Virus record (IMG/VR): IMGVR_UViG_3300044940_000188 | Coordinates: 1 to 59,492 of that record | Source of the DNA: a virus | Length of the DNA stretch: 59,492 nucleotides | Strand: one strand, 5' to 3' | Part shown: positions 1 through 9,300 of the stretch, piece after piece | Layout of the letters: every line of letters begins with the position of its first letter | Numbering within the stretch: position 1 is the stretch's first letter | Translations under genes and position numbers: made by a program | The notes under the pieces: model-generated | Seen by the model: the letters and a program-made list of their open reading frames with translations, nothing else | Databases searched by the model: none | Told to the model about the DNA's origin: nothing

Positions 1-127
1 AGAAGAGGGCCAAGCCGACTCCGCCACCGGTTGTCGAGGAAGACGAAGACGACGAGGAGGAGGCTCCACCGCCTCCTCCCAAGAAGAGGGCCAAGCCGAC
101 TCCGCCACCGGTTGTCGAGGAAGACGA
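1..127. repeat. Terminal overlap: nt 1-127 are identical to nt 59366-59492 (circular closure or assembly overlap)
   Basis: Base-by-base comparison of the first and last 127 nt shows identity. The reading frame of the ORF starting at 58252 is preserved when 59366 is equated with position 1. Confidence 0.9.
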
Positions 128-170
128 GGAGGAGGCTCCACCGCCTCCTCCCAAGAAGAGGGCCAAGCCG
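1..170 (+). repeat. Coding tandem repeat continuing the array at 59284-59492: one 81-bp unit (lacking its first base), one 72-bp variant at 81-152, and an 18-bp partial unit
   Basis: The unit aagaagagggccaagccgactccgccaccggttgtcgaggaagacgaagacgacgaggaggaggctccaccgcctcctccc encodes KKRAKPTPPPVVEEDEDDEEEAPPPPP. The variant lacks gaagacgac. Confidence 0.9.
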
Positions 171-224
171 GCCGCGGAGGATGACGATATCGGGGCCATG
201 GTAGACAAGCTGCTCGGTCTCTGA
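1..224 (+). CDS. 3' end of the wrap-around SSB-like gene that starts at 58252. It encodes an acidic/Pro/Lys repeat tail ending ...AAEDDDIGAMVDKLLGL*
   Basis: Frame 3 is open from the window start to TGA at 222-224 and continues the 58252 ORF through the 127-nt overlap. The DDDI motif near the C-terminus resembles SSB acidic tails. Confidence 0.7.
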   Translation, partial: KRAKPTPPPVVEEDEDDEEEAPPPPPKKRAKPTPPPVVEEDEEEAPPPPPKKRAKPAAEDDDIGAMVDKLLGL

Positions 225-232
225 GCGGAAAG

Positions 233-255
233 GGGGGAGGGTAGTACCCTCCCCC
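233..255 (+). promoter_or_regulatory. GC-rich hairpin (GGGGGAGGG / CCCTCCCCC, loop TAGTA) between the SSB-like stop and the primase start; no T-run follows
   Basis: Perfect 9-11 bp inverted repeat read directly. It contains the only SD-like purine run upstream of the ATG at 263. Confidence 0.5.
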
Positions 256-262
256 GTCTCCC

Positions 263-3121
263 ATGAACCTAGTCGAGTTCCTACGGGCAGTCACGCCGTC
301 GGGGGCGAAACTTGTCGCTGCCCGAAAGGTACAACGGGTGGACCAAAACGGCCGCCCGTACTCTACCTTTGCCCACACGGTTGTAGACACTCACGAAGAC
401 CTCGCTGCTGTGCTGCAGAAAATCGCAGCCAACGGGGAGGACGCCTATTTCGCCCTCGCTGGGTTCCGGCAGGGGTTCTACAAGAACACCAAAGGCAAAA
501 CAGTAGTTCGCGTCAGGGACAACGTCAGCGCCCTGAAGGCGTTCTGGATGGACATCGACTACAAGGATGGCTACGGTTCGCCCGGTGCCGCCCTGAAGGC
601 TATACGCGCGTTCTGTGACGCGTCTGGCGTGCCCCCGCCGACCATTGTCGTGGCCAGCGGCAACGGGTTGCACGTGTACTGGCCGCTATCCCAGCCCGTG
701 TTGGTCGCCGAGTGGCAGCCGCGGGCAACCCGGCTCAAAAATCTTGCAGCGCAACACGGCCTACGGGCGGACGGGGTCTGCACTGCTGACAGCTGTCGGG
801 TACTTCGGCCACCGTTCACCACGAACTTCAAGGATCCCACGGCCCCGAAGCCTGTCAGGCTTCTGAGTGGGAATGGGGTAACGCGAACTGCCGAACAGGT
901 GGTTCCGTCTGCTACTACCCCATTTGGGCCTGCGGTACTCGGTGACCTCCCCTCGTATGTGCGGCCGGGGGCTGCCGACGCAGACGAGTACACCGGGGGC
1001 ACCGGTACCGCAGCGCCCAAGGGCGTCATGGTTAACATCATCGCGCAATGCGCGGTGATGCAGGAGATCGTCGAGACCAAGGGAGCACACCAGAGAGAGC
1101 CCGAGTGGTCGGCCACCTTGCAGTTGCTGAAGCACTGTGAGGATGGTGAGAACTGGGTGCACAAAGTATCTGAGGGGCACCCTGACTACGAGTACGAGGC
1201 AACGGAGCAAAAGTGGCAAAGCAAGTTGGAGAACACGTCTGGCCCCACTTTGTGCGAAACCTTCCAGCAGTGGCACTCAGCGAAGTGCATTACGTGCCCA
1301 TTCTACGGGAAAATCAAGTCGCCGGTTCAGCTTGAAAGCGTGACGCCCAACAGCCCGGCGGCCAAAGCTGGCGTAGTACTGACTACGTGGCGCCCCGGAG
1401 CCGACGGCCGGTCGATGGAGATGAAGGTCTACAACAAGGAGACCAAAGAGTACTCGTGGCAGAAGGTATTGTCCTACATGATCGACGACGTCAAGGTAGT
1501 CTGCGTCGCCGGCAAGCTCAGCCACGGGCTCGAGTTCCGCGCTCACTTGGGTAACAATTCCAGCAAGCAGGTGTCGCTACCATCCTCAACCCTCGGCAAC
1601 ACGATGAAGCTGCGCGAGGAGATGTTCAGGGTAGGAGTTCCAATCGACGAACAGGAAACGAAGGCATTCGTTAAACTCATGAGTACGTGGCTGAAAAAAA
1701 TGCAGCAGGCCCGGCAGGTCGAGACGCTCTCAGAGCAACTCGGCTGGCTCACGGACGAAAACAACCAGATATCTGGCTTCGGCTGTGCCAACATCACGCT
1801 CAACCGTGACGGCACGGAAAAAACGGGGGTAAGGCCGACCAAGGACTTCGAGGTTTTGACTCGGCACTACACGCCGATTGGCGACCCGAAGGACTGGCGT
1901 GCCGTTGCTGACATGCTTTTGAAAGACGGTTCCCCTACCGCCACGATCATGTTGGCAAGTGCATTCGCGACGCCATTGCTCAGGTTTGCCGGGCTGCAGG
2001 GATCGATTCTTTCGTTTGTGTCAGCACAGTCCGGCGCCGGCAAGACCACGGCGATGCGGGCGGCTCAAGCCGTCTGGGGGTCGCCTACCAAGGCGGTGAA
2101 CTCGGTCGACGATACGGTGCTGTCGGTCGCCAAGAAGGTCGGCTTCATTCAGAATCTGCCGGCCTACTGGGATGAGGTCCGCGGCGAGAAGACGATCGAG
2201 AGCTTCAAAAAGCTGGCTTTCCAGATCACGCAGGGCAAAGAGAAGTCCCGGCTAGACTCGTCTTCGTCGCTGCGTGAGGTCTACGATTGGCAGACGATGG
2301 TGGTGGTCGCCAGCAACGACTCAATCTTCGACGCCATGGCCACGGTCGGTTCCGGCTCAGACGCCGGCGTGCTCCGCACGTTTGAAGTCACGGCCGACGC
2401 TTTGGAGTGCCCGGTCGAGGTCAGTCAACAGGTGCAGCGGGCAGTGGCTGCACTCAACCAGAGCTACGGCTGGGCTGGGGTTGAGTACGCTCGCTACCTC
2501 GTCACGCATCTTGAGCATGTAGAGCAGCTGGTTGAGGCGATGCAGGTCAAAGTATCCAAGGACACCAACGCCCTGCCAGTTGAGCGTTTTTGGGTTGGCA
2601 CGATGGCGGTGCTGCTGGCGGGGGCGCAGCTGGCCAACGAGGCCGGTGTATGCAAGTTCGACGTTCCAAGGTTGTACAAGCAGTTGCGTGCAGTGCTGAC
2701 GAGCATGCGGCAACGGTGGGCCTCCGCAGCCGCAAGTTTCAGCCCGGAGGAAATCATCGCGTCGTTCTTGACGTTCTATCAGTCAGAAGTGCTGGTCACC
2801 GACAAGTATCGGGGTCGCGGAAAGAGCGAGAACCCACGCATCGTCCGGCCACCTAACAACCCGTCGGACAAAATTACCGTTCACCGCTCGGTTGAAGATA
2901 ACCTTGTCAGGTTCCCGATCAAGCTGTTCAACGACTACGCTGAGCGGCAGTTTCGCACGTCGGCTCGAATCATCATTGCTGACATGAGGCGCAAAAAGCT
3001 GCACGCTAAGACGGTTCGCGGGGTACTTGGTGCTGGTACATCGTACGCGCTTCCGCAGATGGGGCTTGTAGAGGTAGAATACACCTCAGACGTCGACGAC
3101 GCCGATCAGCTAACGGAGTAG
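263..3121 (+). CDS. Bifunctional primase-polymerase (AEP-type) fused to an SF3/D5-like helicase
   Basis: N-terminal motifs FWMDIDYKDG and SGNGLHVYWPL are typical of AEP prim-pol. The C-terminal half has Walker A SAQSGAGKTT and downstream YWDEV / VVVASND. The ORF is 952 aa. Confidence 0.8.
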   Translation: MNLVEFLRAVTPSGAKLVAARKVQRVDQNGRPYSTFAHTVVDTHEDLAAVLQKIAANGEDAYFALAGFRQGFYKNTKGKTVVRVRDNVSALKAFWMDIDYKDGYGSPGAALKAIRAFCDASGVPPPTIVVASGNGLHVYWPLSQPVLVAEWQPRATRLKNLAAQHGLRADGVCTADSCRVLRPPFTTNFKDPTAPKPVRLLSGNGVTRTAEQVVPSATTPFGPAVLGDLPSYVRPGAADADEYTGGTGTAAPKGVMVNIIAQCAVMQEIVETKGAHQREPEWSATLQLLKHCEDGENWVHKVSEGHPDYEYEATEQKWQSKLENTSGPTLCETFQQWHSAKCITCPFYGKIKSPVQLESVTPNSPAAKAGVVLTTWRPGADGRSMEMKVYNKETKEYSWQKVLSYMIDDVKVVCVAGKLSHGLEFRAHLGNNSSKQVSLPSSTLGNTMKLREEMFRVGVPIDEQETKAFVKLMSTWLKKMQQARQVETLSEQLGWLTDENNQISGFGCANITLNRDGTEKTGVRPTKDFEVLTRHYTPIGDPKDWRAVADMLLKDGSPTATIMLASAFATPLLRFAGLQGSILSFVSAQSGAGKTTAMRAAQAVWGSPTKAVNSVDDTVLSVAKKVGFIQNLPAYWDEVRGEKTIESFKKLAFQITQGKEKSRLDSSSSLREVYDWQTMVVVASNDSIFDAMATVGSGSDAGVLRTFEVTADALECPVEVSQQVQRAVAALNQSYGWAGVEYARYLVTHLEHVEQLVEAMQVKVSKDTNALPVERFWVGTMAVLLAGAQLANEAGVCKFDVPRLYKQLRAVLTSMRQRWASAAASFSPEEIIASFLTFYQSEVLVTDKYRGRGKSENPRIVRPPNNPSDKITVHRSVEDNLVRFPIKLFNDYAERQFRTSARIIIADMRRKKLHAKTVRGVLGAGTSYALPQMGLVEVEYTSDVDDADQLTE

Positions 3122-3131
3122 CAGACGTGCT

Positions 3132-3323
3132 ATGAACTGGTACCTGTTCCAGATCCACCGCGACGGAAAGACCTACCAAGTCGAAATTTCGGCTGAGTCA
3201 CAGATGGAGGCTGAGGAAATTATCAGCCCCATTCCCTATGCAATGTTCGTGGCGGAGGGAGTCCCCCGGCCCGACGGTACGGGGGTGAGTTACCTAGTGC
3301 AAATGCCTGAACGACTCCAGTAA
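3132..3323 (+). CDS. Hypothetical 63-aa protein, last gene of the plus block
   Basis: The ORF starts 11 nt after the primase stop and has a balanced composition. No motif recognised. Confidence 0.5.
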   Translation: MNWYLFQIHRDGKTYQVEISAESQMEAEEIISPIPYAMFVAEGVPRPDGTGVSYLVQMPERLQ

Positions 3324-3587
3324 TCAGATCGGTTTGTTGTTCTTGTTGCGCTTGTACGACCGGTTCGTGTAGCGGTCGACGATACGCAGGTTGCTCTTGG
3401 CATTGGTGCCGCCGTTGCTCAGAGCCTTTTTGTGGTCGACTTCTTTCCCGTCACCCTTCCTGACCTTACCCTCACGCTCGGCTTCACGGCGCGCAGCGTT
3501 GCGCATGGCGCGCTGCTTCTTTGCCTCTTCTGTGCCATGATACTTATCGTAGTACGCTTTGGTGCTCTCACGTGTCGGCTTCTTCAC
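3324..3587 (-). CDS. Small HNH endonuclease-like protein
   Basis: Motif GKEVDHKKALSNGGTNAKSNLRIV (H-N-N). I prefer GTG 3587, which has GAGGA 8 nt upstream. The ORF is open up to GTG 3629. Confidence 0.7.
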   Translation of the reverse strand: MKKPTRESTKAYYDKYHGTEEAKKQRAMRNAARREAEREGKVRKGDGKEVDHKKALSNGGTNAKSNLRIVDRYTNRSYKRNKNNKPI

Positions 3588-4029
3588 GTTTCGTGTCCTC
3601 GATGGTGTAGTGGTGTGGGTTCCTGTCACTGTGAAGCTGTTTCAGGCTCTCAATGGCAGGCATGAGTGAGTCGATAGCAATGCGGTAATCCGCAACCGGC
3701 GGCCTGTCATCTGTCAGCTTACTGCATTCTCTGGCGTCCAACAGGATGCCGGCGCAGGCGATGATGCTGGCAAGATGAGGAACGTTTGTCTCGGGGTCGG
3801 CCCATTCGCCGTTCTGAAACTTGTGCAGATGTCGATGCATGGCGTCGATGTAGATTGATGCCCGCACCCCCGCAATTCGCCAATTGTACTTGCCGTATTT
3901 CAGTGCACCTTCGAGAAATGCCAGCGAGGCGTAGGTCATCACAGATGACGGTACGAGGTGCATCGGCAGCTTGGTCGCGCCGATGGCGTCCTTGGGATTG
4001 GTGTCTTTTGGTTTCAGAGGATCGTTCAT
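3568..4029 (-). CDS. DUF5664-like protein (dATP/dGTP diphosphohydrolase N-terminal-like fold)
   Basis: KLPMHLVP...LEGALKYGKYNWR...DAMHRHL...HLASIIACAGILLD matches my memory of that family. ATG 4029 overlaps the upstream stop (ATGA), so the longer 4197 start is rejected. Confidence 0.55.
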   Translation of the reverse strand: MNDPLKPKDTNPKDAIGATKLPMHLVPSSVMTYASLAFLEGALKYGKYNWRIAGVRASIYIDAMHRHLHKFQNGEWADPETNVPHLASIIACAGILLDARECSKLTDDRPPVADYRIAIDSLMPAIESLKQLHSDRNPHHYTIEDTKREEADT

Positions 4030-4274
4030 CCAGCAAATCTCCTGACCCAGCGCACTACGGCTTTGTGCAGGTTCGCGTTGAAGAAGCGCCGCCAGATATA
4101 CCCACGAATCACACTGACAACGGTAAAGATGCTGGTGATGCCAAGGTTGGAAGCGATGGTAACTTCGTAGCCAAACAACGGCCCCACCATCTGCCATACT
4201 AGCACACTTAACACGAACCCGGAAGCTACGTTCAGTAGCTGCTCAATCAAGCTGACGAGTTTCGTTTGGCCCAT
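4026..4274 (-). CDS. Small membrane protein with 2 predicted TM segments
   Basis: Hydrophobic stretches VASGFVLSVLVWQMVGPLF and LGITSIFTVVSVI. ATG start at 4274. Confidence 0.6.
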   Translation of the reverse strand: MGQTKLVSLIEQLLNVASGFVLSVLVWQMVGPLFGYEVTIASNLGITSIFTVVSVIRGYIWRRFFNANLHKAVVRWVRRFAG

Positions 4275-4768
4275 GCTCTGAGGTCCTCTGGTAGAAACTT
4301 TGACGAAACCCTCACCTTGTACTTCTTGGCAAGACTACGGAAGCCGGCTTCCGGCATGAGGCGGTACTTCTCCAACATGTGCATATAGACACCCACAAAT
4401 TGAGGCCTGTGTGCCTCTATATGTAATGGGTCGAATTGGTCGACTATCCAATGAGCTAACTCATGTAGCAAGGTAGGGGTGTTGGCTCCATGGTATCCTC
4501 GGTTCAGGACGATCTTTTTGTGATCAGTCCAACCGAACACAGTCTTGTCAGGACGATTCGTGATTACCAACCTCGGCACGGGGACGCCGTAGTACTTGCA
4601 AGCATGCTCAACTATGCCTATCAGGTCGGCCCGCTTGGCGGAGTGGTGTACGCACATCCCGATAATCTCCCGCTCCATGGCGTACACGCGCTCGCGTTGG
4701 GGATCGTATTGTGGCCCCGGCTTGGGGCGTTTTCCCGGGTGTGTAATGAGCTTGGAGATCACGTCCAC
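4247..4768 (-). CDS. Putative zinc metallopeptidase (HExxH, SprT/Wss1-like size)
   Basis: Motif TLLHELAHWIV. GTG 4768, or GTG 4762 which overlaps the upstream stop as GTGA. Confidence 0.65.
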   Translation of the reverse strand: MDVISKLITHPGKRPKPGPQYDPQRERVYAMEREIIGMCVHHSAKRADLIGIVEHACKYYGVPVPRLVITNRPDKTVFGWTDHKKIVLNRGYHGANTPTLLHELAHWIVDQFDPLHIEAHRPQFVGVYMHMLEKYRLMPEAGFRSLAKKYKVRVSSKFLPEDLRAWAKRNSSA

Positions 4769-6384
4769 GTCTTGCCATCAATGATGTTGATGAGCGTTCG
4801 CTTGCCATTGGCGTAGATGACGGCGTGCGTGTTAAGCCAGCTGCTTGGTCCCTGCGTGTAGGACAGCTTCAGATATGTGCTCGTGCCTACTCTGTAGTGC
4901 CCGCCCTCGATGGCAGGGCTGTGACTGTGACCGGAAATTACGCGGACGCCAATTTTGGACAGGTTGTTCACCGAGCCCCTTGCGCCATCCGGGCCGCGAT
5001 GCCCGTGGAAGCCGCATTCTATACCTCCAATGAGGCAAGACTCGTCTGGCTTCAGGCAATGGATATCGTCACCCTCTCTCAGCTGCGACTCCAGCCACAA
5101 GGCGAACGGGTCTGGGTAGCTGGCTCCGCCCTCGGCTACTTTTGCCCGCTCGGCAAGGGCGGTGGCTGTCTTCAGGTAGAAGATGGCGTTGGTGGGGTCT
5201 TTCCGCCAGTCCGAGTCCACCAGCCACCGACGGAAGAAGTCGTCATGGTTGGAAGCGACGACGTAAGCCCTGCGCCCCGCCGACTTTTCGCGGATGAAAC
5301 GCACTGCCTCCGCCACCTCTCGGGCAAAATCAGCGCTTCCATTTTTGTGCCTGGCGACTGCTGCAAACGGATCATGGCGTTCGTGTGGGTTGACCGCAAA
5401 GCCGTCCAGCACATCGTGCCAGACGAGAGCTTGAGGGTTCAACCTGTCGACGATCCCGCCGGGACCGAACGTAGCCTTGACTACCTTTGGATCAATGAAT
5501 CTGACATGTGTGTCACCCATCACCAGTCCTAAGGCCGGAGGAGCAGGGCGGGCCGTGCCGTCTGGCAAATACTCAGTATCCAGGTCGATGAACGAGCCAT
5601 CGTCCATGGCGTTGATTTGCCGAAGGTGAAATCGTGGACCATCTAACTCGACGACGCAGGCCCCGAACACATGGTGAAACTCACCCTTCTTGCCCGCCTT
5701 GCTGTCAGTGTAGTTCTGGACAGTCACCGCACCAGTCGTGGTCATGATCTTAGGCAGGGCACCGTGAGGCGTTGCAATTGTCCGCAAAGCTATCTTTGAA
5801 TGGCCGAGGATGCCTGATTCGCCGTGGGTAATGCCTTCGAACCCGGATAGCGGATGCTGAGCAGTGGGGACGGTCTTGATGTCCCCAAGCAGGATAAGGT
5901 GCTTGCTCAGGCGTTTTCGCTGATTGTGCAGGTACGGCGTGATGGCTGGATCCCACACTTCAGCGTTTTGCTGCGATTCGCTCCACCGGGAAGTAGGGTT
6001 TTTATAACGAGTCGGTATGACTACGAGGTCGGCACCCCAAACCGAACAGTAACCCTTCAGTGCTTCTAGGAACCCCGCATGGACTGGAGTGGCGTTCTGA
6101 GCCGACGTCACTACGAGCCGGCGGCTGGTCAGGTTTCGTTTGAACTGTGGCCGACCGACGCGCTTGTTTGTCCCATTCTGCTTCGCCACGTACCCATCTT
6201 TTGGTGTAGTCGTGCTGTAGCAGTATAAGTCTTCGCCGCCACTTTTTGTCCTACACCCCCACCTCACTCGACCAGAAGGAGTACGGGCTAGGCGGATCAT
6301 TTTGCGCCCACAACGTGGGCACGAGGGGCGGTCGCTATCTGAGGAAGACTGCTTCGCGCGCGAAGACTGCTGCTTGTCGGTCAT
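4759..6384 (-). CDS. Calcineurin-like metallophosphoesterase with an N-terminal zinc ribbon
   Basis: CPRCGRKM...WGCRT at the N-terminus. Phosphoesterase motifs GDTHV, SNHDD, GFHGHRG and SGHSHSP. GGAG lies 9 nt upstream of ATG 6384. Confidence 0.75.
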   Translation of the reverse strand: MTDKQQSSRAKQSSSDSDRPSCPRCGRKMIRLARTPSGRVRWGCRTKSGGEDLYCYSTTTPKDGYVAKQNGTNKRVGRPQFKRNLTSRRLVVTSAQNATPVHAGFLEALKGYCSVWGADLVVIPTRYKNPTSRWSESQQNAEVWDPAITPYLHNQRKRLSKHLILLGDIKTVPTAQHPLSGFEGITHGESGILGHSKIALRTIATPHGALPKIMTTTGAVTVQNYTDSKAGKKGEFHHVFGACVVELDGPRFHLRQINAMDDGSFIDLDTEYLPDGTARPAPPALGLVMGDTHVRFIDPKVVKATFGPGGIVDRLNPQALVWHDVLDGFAVNPHERHDPFAAVARHKNGSADFAREVAEAVRFIREKSAGRRAYVVASNHDDFFRRWLVDSDWRKDPTNAIFYLKTATALAERAKVAEGGASYPDPFALWLESQLREGDDIHCLKPDESCLIGGIECGFHGHRGPDGARGSVNNLSKIGVRVISGHSHSPAIEGGHYRVGTSTYLKLSYTQGPSSWLNTHAVIYANGKRTLINIIDGKTWT

Positions 6385-9300
6385 TCAGGTTCGCTCCATA
6401 GGTTTGCGTGCGCACCTCACGTTCACGCTTGTTTCGCAAAGATTGAAGCAGACCAGTGATGCTTATCGGGGCGTCTGGGTACATTTTATTGTGTCGAACA
6501 GCTTCGCCAATGAGTCTACCGCGTTCGGACGGGTCGGCTTTCAGTATGCGTGTAACAATATCCTGTTTATGCTCGGCGGCAAGGCGCGACCGACTGATGA
6601 GGTATTCCCGCTTGTCGTAGAAACGAGAAACCGACGTCGGGGTAAGGCCAATGCTCTGAACAAACAGGTCAAACGGAGAAACGTCATCCGCTGGAACGAG
6701 TACGTCACCCCGAGTAGACGTGATGCCTTCGGTAGCAAAACGGCCAGCGCGCAGGAAATCGCGGACAATCTTTGGTACGACAAACTCCAAACCACGGAAG
6801 AACCCGCGCACGTCACCGTTGGCAGACGCTTCCATGACTTGCTGGAAGCCACGCCCCCACTGCACGCCGATACCGATCCACGGTCCGCCGAAAGACGTAA
6901 CCGCACTACCAAGGAACGAGTCGGCGTTCTCCGGCCGTAGGTCGGCCATGAAAATGGACCCCATCGAAAGCCGCTTCGACATGTCGACGCCCAGGGCTGC
7001 CGGTATACCCTTGGCAGCAGCTTCAGCCAACGCCGGCGAGCCAGTGATCGCTGCAAGGTTTTTCTGGAACCACCAGTCGAACGCCTGCCCGCTGACCGCC
7101 GACGCCGCATCGTACGGCTCGTCATCGTCGCCAAACAACGCAAGCACCAGACCGGCAGCCCACTTGATTGGCTGGAACATGGTGCCCGTTACGCCGGCAG
7201 CGAGGGTGTGGGTGGCAAGCATGTTTAGGAAGACGCGCTTGGCTTCCTTGTCACCTTTCGTCCACTTGTACAGGTTCATGCCCATCATGGCATACATGTG
7301 CTGAGGCCACTGCATGAACTGTGTCACAAGAGGAGCACCGGCACCGAGAGGCCCGTTCGTCTGGAACCACCGCGGCTTGTTGGCGCCACCGTAGTTGAAC
7401 TGCGTCGTAGAGACAGCGGTCTTGGCGTACATCGTGGCCTGTCGGTCAGCTTCAACCTCACCGACAGCCTCTACCACCTCGTTGTACTTGAGATCGTAGG
7501 CAGCGATGGCCACCAGCACGCGGTTGTTCACCTCGGTCAAGTGGGCCATGATGCGAGAGGCGTCGAGGATACGCTGGGTGGGAGAGAGGTCCTGCCCCTC
7601 AGCAATGTCGCGCAGCTCTGCGATCCACGACAGGTCGATGACGTTGTTCCGCCGCAGCTCAGTCAGCATGGCGATGTACTTCTCCCCCCTGCCGTCCGGC
7701 AGGCTGGAGTCATTCCGGATCTGGTCGATGATCTGGTCGATGACCGAGAACGCCTGCTCAGCCGCCACCTTGCCTGTCAACTTGCGTGCAGCTGCGATAC
7801 CGCCCTTTGAGTCAACTACTGCCTTGAGCAGCGGCGACTTGATGAGATTCTGTGCCATACCCAAGGCAGCGCTAGCGGACCGCCAGCCGTACCGGGCGGC
7901 CAACCACGGCAGCGTGATCAGCCATGGCTGGGTGGCGTTGGTCATCCAGTACGCAGGTGTGGTGAGAGAAATGAACTGCGCGAACTCCGTCCCACGCTTC
8001 ACGATGTTCACAATGTCTGGCAGCTCGGCCATCTGCTCGTCGCGCTGCCTCAGCTCGTTCACCACATCACCCCGTCGCACCGCCGAAATCTCGTCGGTAC
8101 CACGGGTCCGCTTGGCGAACTCGTCCATGTCTCGCAGGTGCCGACCAAGCTGCCAGCCGTACTGCAGCTGTGAGGTGTAGTACGCAGATTGCTTAGCGTA
8201 GTTGGCGAAGTTCCGATGCTGGATGTCGTAGTCCACGCCCAGCCGGTTCTTGCGACGGATCTCATGCTTGCGGAAGCTGGAGTCCGCCAGCGACCGTAGG
8301 TAGAAGTTCTTGATTGCCGCCTGCGCCGCCTTGTTACCTTCCAGATTACCGAGAATGGAGGCAAGAGCCGAGTTCGACTGAATCGCCGCGTCCTGCGTGA
8401 ACTGTGACCGGCGTTGCACGTCGGACACAGCGTCGGCGCCGTAAGTTTCAACCATCCGCTGGCGAATCTCCTCCGCCTCCGTCCGCGACTCAGCTGTACT
8501 GAATTCTTTCTCAGTGACCCGCACTTCGAATTTGTTGTCGACCTTGAACACACCGACATCCAGCGTTGGGTCATCGCCACGCTTTGTCGCGGCATACGCG
8601 AATGCCTCCTTGCTGTCGGTGAACGTCTTGCGCTCTACCTCGCGCGACGCATACACGACAAAGTCACCGTAGCGCATTAGGGGGAAGTAATCACCCTGCC
8701 GCATTTCCGGCAAGCGGGCAAGCTGGGCTATCGTCGCCTTCATATCAGGCGTAGCGATGTCACCGATCATCTCATTCAGCTTCTCCGGGGTAATCCCAGA
8801 GAGCTTCTTGAGCGTGAACGTATCTTCGAACGTCTCTAAGTCGAGCGGAGCGCCGGCGCCAGTGGCCAACACCGCTCGCAGAGCGTTCTGCAGAATCAGA
8901 GTAGATTCCTCGGCAAGCGCGTTGCGGTAGTACGCCTGCAGGTCATCGTACATCTGTCGATACTCTGACGGCATGGCGAGATACCGAGCGTTCAGCTCTG
9001 ACCAGCGCTGCTTCGCCGTCGGTGTAGTCAGATGGCTGTTTCGAGGGCTAGTTACCGCCTCGCCGGGCGACACGCGGTACAGGCTAGCCTCAGTTGCTAC
9101 ACGTGACAGCTCGATAGCCGCTGCAGGGTCCTTCTGTTGCAGCGTAGTCCACCGCTGCATGATTTTCTCGGCACGCTCCATCAAGCGAGAGTTCTCAGCA
9201 GCCCGCTTGAAGTACGCATCCATGTAGGCAGTCAGCGGGTTACCCTGCGGACCTTGGAACCCGTCGGCGTACAGGTCCCGAATTTGCTCCATGGTCATTG

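Noticed and set aside
1-127. Terminal 127-bp identity as a biological direct terminal repeat
   Set aside because: The overlap lies inside a coding tandem repeat and preserves an ORF across the junction, and 127 is a typical assembler k-mer. It is more parsimoniously a circularisation artefact. Read-terminus analysis is needed to be sure.
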